From positions 26,970,001 to 27,034,000 of the forward strand of contig NC_043008.1 in the NCBI RefSeq assembly GCF_006345805.1: a stretch of DNA of 64,000 nt, in the 5' to 3' direction. How positions within the stretch are numbered: the first letter of the stretch is position 1; each line of letters starts with the position of its first letter. This document shows, piece by piece, positions 52,345-64,000 of the stretch. A program made the translations under genes and the position numbers. Origin of the DNA: Octopus sinensis (Eukaryota). The notes beneath the pieces were generated by a model. That model was not told where the DNA came from and did not search any database. It worked only from the letters and a program-made list of their open reading frames with translations.

Positions 52345-52425
52345 CATATGTATGTATGCCACGCAATAGGACTGAACTCGAAACCATGTGGCTCGGAAGT
52401 AAACTTCTTGCCACAGAGTTGCACC
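52345..52425 (-). mobile_element. CORE-type SINE head
   Basis: 'atgccacgc...ggactgaactcgaaaccatgtgg' matches 27675-27750. Confidence 0.7.
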
Positions 52426-52730
52426 TGCACTATTGCAATCAGTTTGCACTTGTAACACTTGGCAATCGCACAGTTAAGCTCGTAAGAAAATGCTAAATTA
52501 AACAGAAAGTTATATAATAAATGCAGTGATACATAACATGCTTATGAAAGGTACAGAAATGAATACAAGTTGTGAAAACACAATATATACAAATTACTTA
52601 TACTCAGACATTACACATTGAATGCCAGACATACATGTACGCGTCAGTGAGGCATCACTACCCTCTTTCAGCTTTAGTGATTACAATTTTGATATACACA
52701 AATACACACACACACATACACCCCACATAC

Positions 52731-52761
<31 letters not shown>

Positions 52762-53539
52762 CTTATGTATGTATGCATGTAGGTGTATGTATGTATCTAT
52801 ATGTATGTGTGTATATGTATGTACGTATGTATATATGCATCTATTTCAAAATGTTATATTAGACAAATGAATTACCTCTTGGATGATGTTAATATTTGTA
52901 TTGAATGGAAGCACATCTTTAGAATATTCCCAGTCATTGAAGTCTCTAAAATCTTTTCCTTTTACTGTGGACAGCGCTCTAATCTCATTAGTACTTCTAC
53001 ATTTTATGATTTATCTCGACAGTGACAACCAATTCTTCAATATTTCAATGGACTTACACCAGCTTTCATTTTCAGAACGTTCAGAAGCCAAGATGAAATT
53101 AAACATCTGGAAGAAAGCACTGGAAATTTTCTTGACAGTAAATATTGAGACAATGCGAATCAAAACTACGAAACTGGAGAAGATTACTGCATGAAAATAG
53201 TACAGAATTCTTTATAGCGTATATCAAAGAATTTCCAGAAAAAGACAAATGCGCAAATATGTGTGAAATTACTAGGAACAATTGCAAAGGATACTGATGT
53301 TTCAAGCAGAATTCTGCAAATGATAAAAATAAGTATCATGTTCTGAAACTTAAAAGAGATTATATATATATATATATCAATGATGTCCAAAGATAATATG
53401 GAGCAGTAAAAGAGCGGCCGATTTTCCTTAATTATAAGACATTAAAGGAAAATGAGAACTCCTTTCAACATTTCCGTCTGTTTCTCAAATAAATTTAAGA
53501 CGTTTTCTATTTCGCTTACCGTTTATGAAATTTTAAAAT

Positions 53540-55098
53540 TGTGATGAGAGCCACCCTTGCGAGAAATAGACTAGACCAAGCGATTATAAATAGTAGTGGT
53601 CGGAGTGAAGTTTGTGTGTTAGTTCGAGTTGAGTTCGCAGGTGAAGTCGGAAGGTGTCGGTTGGTTAGTTTGTTTGTTTGGAATACTGATTGGTGGTTCA
53701 TGCAGAGACTATTGTATCTTTACGTTGCTATTACGGCTGAATCGTTATCTTGTTTACTGTTACTACACTGGTACAGTGTACCTAAAACATCCAGCGCAAT
53801 ATCATGGCGATAACACATATGGAGTCGATGTATACAACATCTGTTGACTAGGGTTTCGAAACGTACGCCGGTCGTCTAACAATTTGTTCGTAATACAACT
53901 TGTTAAATGATGGAAGACCTATCATCTTCTATAATACAGGTGCTGCCAAAGCAACATCAAGAATAGTATCTGGAGTTGCAGAAGCAACTAGTACAGCAAC
54001 AACTACAATAATAATTATTGGAGCAAACACAAAGAAGTCCGAAAATTAGGTAAGTTCGTTTTCGCCAGATAACGTATCGAACTCCTTAAATGAATTTGGT
54101 TATAACCTAAAGAAGAGTATAACTTTTGTGGTGTACTACAGATGGTACGTATAAATTTTTAAGGAAGATTGCAAAACATGGTCGGAAGGAGAAAAAAGTA
54201 AGGCTATTTTTACGTAAAGTAACTCCGTCTAACCATGAACAATACTGTAATTTCATATTGCTCAAATTGTCTAGTAAAATTTGGTTTCAGGAAACAATCA
54301 AATTTCTAACATGTTTGTTGATAAAAATATGTCTATTTAACACTCGAATGGAGAGTTGAAATTTAAGTAAAAAGAGGATGATAACTTTATTACGTATGCA
54401 GGAACAGTCAACAGAATGTGTGAAAGTTCTAGACACGTTCGTCTCAGATAATGGAACATGATTTACCAGTAATGAATTCAAAGATTTCTGCAAAATACAT
54501 GCGATAAAGTATATTTTTACCCCGCTTTACCACTCGAGGTCAAACGGGCAATTAGAAAGATTCGTTGATACTTTCAAGCGAGCGTTAAAAGAAAGCAAAG
54601 AATGACGCAGGGAATGACGAAGTGCTAACGAGTTTCTTGAGGGTATATAGAGTAACGCCCAATCCGAATACCAGTTCTGGAAAGTCTCCAGCAGAGTTAA
54701 TGTTCGCGCGAAAAATAAAATCGTTTCTCGATAAATTATTGCCTGGAAAAAACTATATTTAAACGAAATACAGAAGAGGCAACAAAACATTTCGAAGTTG
54801 GAGATGGTAAAGAAGGCTGGGAGGATGCTTTTGTAACTAAAAGCTTAGGAAATATGATGTATGTTATTAAAAGGACAACGTAGGAAATATAAGAAATGCC
54901 AAAACCAATTAAAGACGAAACATACTGAAAAACGGAAGGAAATAGCAATGGAAGCCTCCTTTGACATGTTTTAGGTGCCAGCACCAAAAGCCTCGTAGAA
55001 GCACAAGTAGAAAAAAAAGAAAGACTGTACACTTAGAAATAATGCTAAAACGAAAAAGATTAAATTTTCTCAAAAGAAGAAAAAAAGATAGGGAGAGG
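53540..55098 (+). mobile_element. Internally deleted Gypsy LTR retrotransposon (candidate 5' LTR, gag fragment, integrase fragment, PPT)
   Basis: Candidate LTR TG(53540)..CA(53817). Gag-like 'FKEDCKTWSE.EKVRLFLRK' at 54050-54430 abuts integrase 'VSDNGT.FTSNEFKDFC...YH.RSNGQ.ERFVDTFKR...YRVTPN...SPAELMF' at 54430-54750. Polypurine tract 'agggagagg' followed by TG at 55099. Confidence 0.8.
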
Positions 55099-56079
55099 TG
55101 TTGGAAAAAAAAACAAAAGAAAAAACAGAAAAGGTTCTAAATTTCAATACAGGTACCCGATCATCCAGTATCTATTTTTATGGAACCGTCCACTGAGCCA
55201 CTATATGAATTTTTTATCAGCTAGAAATAACAACTGAAAGTCAGTCTCGATTAAATGAGAGAAAAGTCGAATAAATTATGCGGTCCAACATGTCCCTACA
55301 CAGATGTGAATACCACGACGAAAATATATCAACGCTGATGTGAAGTTAAACATCCATGATACCAACGCTAAAAGCAACACACAGTCTATGAGAAAAAAAC
55401 GAAGCAATATGACCAGATTCTTCTTAAATCATAATTTTCTGCATATAAACTGGAAAGACACACATGATAATGCAGTAGAACACAGCATTTGACTGAGACT
55501 TCATAACATTTGAAATAAGTCATCAAAATCAAAACTGACCTGGGGTTAAAGAAAAAGACTCCAATAAACATTAGAAATAAAGTTGAACTCAATAACTATG
55601 ACCTAATAAATTAATAAGACACTTTAAATGATTAATAAATGAGACAACTACTAGCTCAGTAATAAATTAATAGCAAATCTAGCTATTAAGCGATTAATCA
55701 ATAAAACCCCATGAAGTGTAGATAAATCAATAACACAGCTACTCAGTGTCGATAAATCAATAACAGAACAAATTATTCCGTGACACATACACACCACATA
55801 CACACACTCTCACACACTCACACATACATACACACATACGTATTTATATATGAATGCGTTATAGCATAAACGCTCATACATATTTATTTATCTACGTCTA
55901 TACCTACAACTACAACAATATACATACATTCATACATACATAAACACACACACATATCAGTGATTAGCCAGGTGCTATTTCTGTGTCCAGGAGGTGGTTT
56001 TCCTGTTCTGCATGCATACCATCAGTCAGGCATTTGTTTTCAACTATTTTTGAGTGATGTCTTTATACATACATGTATA

Positions 56080-56185
56080 TACATTGCTGTGAGATTAAGA
56101 AGCCTGATTCCTAACCATGTGGTTTTGGGGTTAATCCCACTGCGCAGCACCTTGACTAACTGCCTTTTACGATAGCCCCGGTGTA
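56080..56185 (+). mobile_element. CORE-type SINE head
   Basis: 'aaccatgtggttttggggttaatcccactgcgcagcaccttgactaactgcc..ttacgatagcccc'. Confidence 0.65.
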
Positions 56186-56411
56186 GCAATTTTAAATTAG
56201 CCCATTCAGCTAACCTTGAAATCACGTTCAAACTGCTCGGGGATAGGATGAAATCGGCTTCAAATTATAAAACCAGGATTAATTTGAAATGAGTTTCATC
56301 CTTCTATCTATGGTTTCAGTATAACTAATCCCTTGAAATCCTCCTTAACCAAATGTTCGTCATCCAAGTTGCAAGGTAATGACCTGTTAATTCTATTATT
56401 ACTATCATTAT

Positions 56412-56800
56412 TAAGGTGATGAGCTGGCAGAATCGTTAGCATGCCGGGCGAAATGCTTAGCGGTATTTCGTCTGTCTTTACATTCTGAGTTAAAATTCCG
56501 CCGATTTTGCCTTTCATCATTTTGGGGTTGATAAATTAATTACCAGTTGCATACTGGTGCCGATCTAATCGACTGCCCCCCCCCCCTCCACAAAAAAATT
56601 CGGGACTTGTGGAGTCGTTAGCCTGCGAGTCAAAATGCATAGGCAGCATTTCATCCATCTTTAACTTCTAAGTTCAAATTCTCCCATGACCGGCTTTGAT
56701 TTTCATTCCTTTCAGGGTCGATGAAAAAGTACCAGACGGACACTAGAACTGTTTTAATCGGCTTTCTCTACCCCCAAATGTCAGGCCTTGTGCTTAAAAT
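56412..56800 (+). mobile_element. Two head-to-tail tRNA-like SINE copies
   Basis: Well-conserved copy 'aaggtgatgagctggcagaatcgttagc...gagttaaaattccgcc' followed by a second, more diverged copy from about 56612. Confidence 0.8.
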
Positions 56801-58939
56801 GGAAAACATTTATACTGTTATTATAAATACCGTTAACATAAATTATGCGGTTTCTCGCAAGGATGATAAAAGACCAGATTATTAATGAATGTGTACGTGA
56901 TTTTTCTCTCTGTGTACGCGTTTGTTTTTCTCTAAATGCTTAGTTTGCAAGGAAAGTGTAGAAATATATTTCCTTTTTTATATAGACACATGTCATTCGC
57001 ATTTAAAATGTATTGATATGTTTTATTTTGTGTAATAAATATATTTCTTTTGTATTTAAAGTGTATTACGATATGTTGCTTTGTATATATTTTGTTTACA
57101 TTTAAAGTGCATTTGTATTAATCCAAATCACTTTCTCCTTAAAAAATAATTCCAGTGTTTTATTTTTTAAATATACTAACTTAGAATCTTTGATACTTAA
57201 AGACTTTTAAAATGTATCAAATGTTAGGGGATGTTTAAAAATACAGTTTTGTTACTTTTAGATTTTAAGATGTGCTTACAATCTTGAATATTACACCTGT
57301 TTAATGCATTAAAAGCATCACGAGTTGTAAGCATGTTAGAGAAATCAGAGAGAGGGGACGACGACTAAGCAGGGATACTTTGAAATCGAGTTCAGGCTAC
57401 CCTTGGTTATAACTTGAAATTGATCTCAGATTAACCGCAGGTAGCATGAAATGAGGTAGCGTTATATTTTATTTAATATGCTTAGTAGTATATTAAGTTT
57501 GGCTAATGATATACCGTGTTCCTACAAGTAATTAATTTGAGATAGTGTAGGAGATACTTCTTTAGCTCTTTTCAAGGTTGCTGCTAGATATATCATTCAA
57601 ATTCCTCACGAATCCTACTGTATAATCTTGCCAAAATGGTGTATACATTAGATAACATACTTCATGACACCCTTTAATAGACCGTATAGTTATTGTTGCA
57701 ACCACTTTCATTATAGGTTTGCTTGATCACGCTTGTAACGGCTTAAACCATAACAACAATCACTGATTACAGATCACAAAATTTGATTCTGTTAGGGAGA
57801 ATGTAGGTTGGAATCATATATATAACTATTATCGTTATCGCCACCCGAATTAATGGTCACAAATTTGTGGATGAAGTGCTTAGCCATAGCGATCACTCTA
57901 CTATATATTTAGAGATGAAAATGAGACAACACTAGCAATATAGGGTTAGGGATCATAAAAGTATAAGATTACAATGTATATAACATTTATTCTCAATTTC
58001 AGAATTTTTTGTCAGTCTCCTTCGTTCACTACATGAAATATTGAAAATGAAAATCAATAAACGATTTGCTTTGATCCTGATTCATATCCCACTTGTGTAA
58101 TAGCTATGTCATCTTATTTTCACTTGCTCAGCATGAAAATTACTTAAAGATAGGCAGTGAATGCTTGGAAAATGTTGTGATCGGGTATAATCTGTTCAAA
58201 AGGTGTATAGTTGTTAGATCACTTATCAGTATTCAAATGCATGTACTTGGAAAAGATAGAGAAAAGTGATAAATAACTCAAATAAACAAATAAATTTATT
58301 GAATATTTGAACTATATGAAAATTACTGTCCTGTTAATTTTTTCAATGAAAAATTTTCTTGCAAAACAATATTTGCGTGCCAAATGTTAGTTTTAATTCT
58401 TCTTGCAGCACATCAGCATGTCTATTTGATTTTATGCCCATTTTTCATGACGTGAAACAACTGAGAGATAGCTCATCTTTCTAAGCACGATTTCTGCATG
58501 TCAACGTTACGTTGTCCTGCGGATCCCCAAAAGCAACAGAAAACAAGGCAAAACAAAGCAAATGAAACATGCAACAATTCCACAATGCTGCTGCTTCAAT
58601 TAGTGAACTATGCCGTTCACAGAAATACGCTAGAGCTTGGCGTTTAAGATAAAAATATAAAAAAAACAGTGAAATCAGTGAAATGATATTGTTCTGGTGA
58701 CAAGTGACTGCTGCTCATCTGGGTGTCAAATAGCCCTTCATGTCAAGCCATACAGGTTCATAGACTACATAACCCTATTTTCTTTGTATTTTCCGATTAG
58801 GTCATGTAGATTACTCGGTGTACCAGCATCAATGATCATTTTGCAATATGGTTTTTAAATATCAATACTTGATTCAAGAATTGACTTTATAGCTGTCAGA
58901 GGGGGAATAATTCAGTTCAGTCATTTTTTTTTCTTTCTA

Positions 58940-59155
58940 TTTCTTTTTCAAATTTTGGTATAAGGGCCAGTAATTTCGGGAGAAGTGGGTAAAACGATTA
59001 CCAAGTCTCCAGTGATCAACTAGTATCTATTTTATTGACCCCGAAAGGGATGAAAGTCAGAAGTCGGTGGAATTTGGACTCAGAACGTCAAGGCAGATGA
59101 AGCGCCGCTAAGAATTTTGTCCGGCGTCCTAACGACTATGCCAACTCACCGCCAT
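58940..59155 (-). mobile_element. tRNA-like SINE
   Basis: Reverse complement of the consensus, including head 'ctaacgactatgccaactcaccgcc'. Confidence 0.8.
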
Positions 59156-59374
59156 TTGCGTTATATAATTTTCGTGACTTCAAAATAATCAGTTTTCTTT
59201 TGATACATATCTACCAAGAAACTAATATCCTAACCCAGGAAAACATTTTATGCGCAGCAAAGTTTTCTGGAAGTTCGGAGAAAGAAGAGTCATTGAAATG
59301 TCAGTAATAATAGCAGGCAATTTTTATATGTTTTGAAAGGACATTTCTTCAGAACTGACTGCAATTTGAAATAT

Positions 59375-60225
59375 TCTTTTACCTTTAAAGTTGACTTTGT
59401 CTTTCATCCTTTCTGAACGATGAAATAAGTACCAGTTCCGTAGTGGGGTCGATGTAATTGACTAATCACCCCGCCCCCCCAAAAAAAATTTCAGGTCATG
59501 TGCCTTTAATCCTTTGAAGGAATTTGAACTCAGAACGTAAAGACAGACGAAATGCCGCTAAGCATTTTGCCCGGCGTGCTAACGATTGTGCTATGGACAT
59601 GTTAAGTTCCAGTAATTTCCAGTTAATAAATTAAAAACAAAGAAGTATGCCGGCGACGAAGCAGTAATTTGATACATATATTTACAAAATGAATCAAATT
59701 GCTACTATTCAGCTAAATTTAGTAATCGTTAGCATTAATCCAGCTGATATCTTAGTTTAATGGTAATTTAACAGGCAGAAGTATTATCTAAGATTTACAC
59801 ATGCGACAGAGAGTATCTGATGAGTTCAATGATTGTGTAACTCTATGCTATAATATTTAAAATCTTTTAGAATATGCAATTAATATATGAGACTCAGGAA
59901 GTGTTTCACATATATACTTAAAATGTTTTATAAACATACATAATCCTGCTTCGTCGCTGGAATACTTCTTGTATATTTTTAATTTATTAACTGGAAATAA
60001 ATAGCAGTACTTAACATGTTCATGGCACAATCGTTAGCCGGCGGACAAAATGCTTAGCGGCATTTCGCCTATCTTTACATTCTGAGTTCAAATTTCTTCA
60101 AAGTTGACTTTGCCTTTCATCCTTTCGCGGTCGATGAAATAAGTACTAGTTCCGCACTGAGGTCAATGTAATTGACTAGTCCCCTCCCCCAAAATTTCAG
60201 GTCTTGCGCCTACATTAGAAGGGAT
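59375..60225. repeat. SINE fragments plus a 150-bp inverted duplication (59520-59670 / 59945-60095)
   Basis: Each arm consists of a SINE head plus about 80 bp of non-SINE flank, around a 275-bp spacer. The right SINE is full length (60025-60225). Confidence 0.8.
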
Positions 60226-60252
60226 TATTATTATTATATTATTATTATTATT

Positions 60253-61024
<772 letters not shown>

Positions 61025-61025
<1 letters not shown>

Positions 61026-63565
61026 TAATTTGCACACAACAGATCCGACTGTTACCAAATATTCTTAACATTAGGATACAGCCAGTAACTTTAAATGCCA
61101 GAGGTTTCCTAAGAATCTGAGCTATCCCTAATAATACTGCCTTCTGGAGCTGCGCCGAAATGAGTTTTATACCTATTTTCCACATTTTTTTCTTGTATTC
61201 TCGCTGTGCCAGCATACTACATTCACAAGCAAGATGAATAGCACTTTCTTCCTTTGCTTTAGATAACCTACATTGGGAATCTATCTTATTTCTTGTCTAT
61301 GTTGGCTTTTATCCAATTAGTTCTCAATACTTGATCTTGTGCTGCTACTAACAACCATTTTGTCTCCCTTTTTCAGCTTTCATTTCTGTAGCCACAAACA
61401 TATCTCACTATTACTATTTTCTGCAGCTATCTTAGGAAATATAGCATGTAAGTCATTCTCTTACCAATCAGATATTCTTGTTTCTTTTTTCTGAATTGTA
61501 GCTACATTTGGTCTCTTTGTTTATTATCTTCTAATGTCAAACTAGCAACTCTTTACAACAAGTCTCACTAACACCTACATAGCATTATATATCTAATTTA
61601 GTTAACTCCACAGTCTTCTACTGATATTAAACTTCCACCACTTTCCTTTGTAGGTAAATGCAATTTTGCTACTCCCGCACTAGGATGAAGTCCTCCATTC
61701 ATTATGAATTCCTTTTTAGTTCTGTCTAGATTTGCTAATTCAGATTTTCTCTAATCTACAAAAGCTGCTGAATAGCTATGTCACGATACTGCCCAGGTAT
61801 TTACTGCCTTCACTAGATTCAAACCGTTTGGCTTTGACTTCATTAACTTCTTCACCCTTTTGTTGTACTCATTCTCAACTTTTGCGTTCATTTCTATAGT
61901 TATTACTCTGTCAGATTCTAATACTCCTAGGTACTTATCACTTTACCCCTCTTTCAATGATTTTAAGGTTTGGTCATCTGGTAACTGAGTACCTTTTTAT
62001 GACTGATATTGTATACCTCTATATGTCAAATCCCATACCTGTATCTCTGCTGAAGAGTTTTACAGTTTGTGTTAAGGAATCTATTTCTTTTTTATTTTTA
62101 TTAAAAAGCATCAAATCATCCATGTAGAGCAAGTGGCTAATTTTTCCTTTACTATCTCTACACTGATAATCCGCCTTTGTATTTCTTAATAAGGAATTGA
62201 GTGCGATTAAACATAGTACAAATATTAATGGGGATAATGAGTCTCCCTTGAAAATTCCTTTCTTGATGTTAACTTTCCTTAAGGTTGTATTACATGAGTA
62301 AATATCTACTTTCCATTCCTTCATGCTAATTAACCCTCTTATGTTGTCTGCAATGATGAATATACTCAAAAATATCCCTTATCCATGGCGATGAAATCAT
62401 GCTATCAGCTTGTTTATAATCTATCCAAGCTACTGTTAAACTTTTCTTCCTAGATTTCACTTCTTTCAGAACTGCCTTGTTTGGATATAATAGATCACGC
62501 AATTCTCTAATCTTCTTCCTGCAATATTTCTGTTTTCCTGGAAGTAAACTCTGGCAGTCAAAGTGCTCATAAATGCTTTCTGAGTGCATTCCTCTTAACA
62601 GCTTCCACACCAGTGGTAAACAAGTAATTGCTCTATAATTACTAGTAATATTGCCCTTACTCTTGTCTTTCATAAGAAGTACCGTTTTCCCTCAATGCAT
62701 CAAATTAGGTATGATTCCTCTATTCAGACAATCCTGAAGTTGTTCCTTCATTCTCTGATGTAAACTGCTAAATTTCTTTAACCAGTATCCTTGAACTCAA
62801 TCTGATCCTGGGCTTTTCCAATTCGGCATTCTTTCTAACATGTTATTCATTAACGCACTTGTTAGTTTTAGATCTGGCTGATTCTCACTAACTACTTCGT
62901 TATTCAATTACTTTAACCATGCTGCATCCCCGTTATGAATAACTGGCTTATCTCATAAATCACTCTAGAACCTTCTGGCTTTTTCTGCATTCGGCCTCTC
63001 AACTTCTGTAGTTTCTTTCACATGGTGTAATTAGTTTGTCTCAAACAATCTATTCTGTTGATACAGATCTATTCTTTTCTGATATCTGGAAATCTTATCT
63101 ACTATTGCTATGACATGCTGTTTCAGCTCTTCCATGAATATACCAATGCCTTTCGCTTTGATTAAGTATTCTTTCTCAAGAAAAATTAAAATCTTGTGTT
63201 TCCTAACTTGTCCTGTTTCAGATTTCTATTCTACTCAGATGCGCTCATGAAGTCTTCCCTTTATTTTCTAATATCCTGACCACGTCTCATTTTTCCTGTT
63301 CTTCTTTGGAGAAATTTCTAGTCTGCTAGTAATTACTACCTCGCCTGCTTAAATCAATAAGACAGTGTTGCTTATATTTCTAGTATCAATTCTACTGATA
63401 ACAGAATCTCCTCGCCTTGTAATATCTAGGAACTTCCTTCTATTAATGTCTTTTATAGTTGGTAATCTTTTTTCTTTCTTCTTAACTCATTACATCCTTC
63501 AGGTCATCTAAGATTTTCTGATCTTACCGACTTAAGTCGCTGGTATCAGTTTTACCTACCTAAGT
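61025..63565 (-). mobile_element. Decayed R4/Dong-like element
   Basis: 'NYRAITCLPLVWKLL', 'AWIDYKQA.SM', 'GIFKGDSLSPL', 'LLYMDDLML', C-terminal 'QLQKAVLLGIAQILRK'; (AAT)n tail. Confidence 0.88.
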
Positions 63566-64000
63566 AATGCTATTATTTTTTCTTGCAGGCTCTTCCTTGG
63601 CTTGGAATATATCACATGCATTTTGCTTCATCCTGGTTTGTGTTATTTGGCTGTTCTACTTCTTGGTATTTCTTTTATTATTATTATCATCATTATCTTA
63701 TATTATTATTATTATCTTTACTTTATATGATTTTATTCTGATATATATATATATATATATATAATATATATATATATATATACTCATACATACCCACATG
63801 TATCCGTTTGCATGTTCATATATGTAAATACATACACACACATACACACACACAAACATATATAAAATTAAATGATTGTGATCCTAAAGTAAGAACGGGT
63901 GAGTTAGATAAGGACTAGAATTTAAAATGGAGATTCATAAGGTTGTTGGGGATTACCTACGGGGCATTGTGGAAATATACTGTGTGATTATTTAGGTATT

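Noticed and set aside
52883-53390. Coding-like plus-strand segment (TFRSQDEIKHLEESTG...)
   Set aside because: Multiple stops and no family assignment.
56412-56500. tRNA gene interpretation of the A/B-box SINE heads
   Set aside because: No cloverleaf; the head continues into the SINE body in all copies.

Overview
AT-rich, repeat-saturated eukaryotic DNA. The SINE, Helentron-like and microsatellite families resemble those of Octopus; this is inferred from pattern recognition, not a database search. No intact host protein-coding gene, rRNA, tRNA gene or CRISPR array could be supported. All recognisable coding fragments belong to decayed mobile elements: one Tc1 element with IR/DR ends, two mariner remnants, a piggyBac deletion derivative, four R4/Dong-like REL-endonuclease LINEs in (AAT)n microsatellites (one nearly full length, 17.1-21.1 kb), four Penelope-like (RT + GIY-YIG) fragments, an internally deleted Gypsy element, RTE and CR1 3' ends, many tRNA-like SINEs and several Helentron-associated (HINE/DINE-1-like) elements. 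The most notable signal is a set of small non-coding elements carrying type I hammerhead ribozyme motifs. Two have intact cores and about six are decayed or partial. Some sit in fold-back (inverted-repeat) cassettes that share a conserved tail, and two lie downstream of Penelope-like ORFs, suggesting a Penelope-dependent, retrozyme-like family. Other notable structures are a five-copy head-to-tail SINE array and stacked insertions into (AAT)n. All coordinates were read by eye and element boundaries are approximate.
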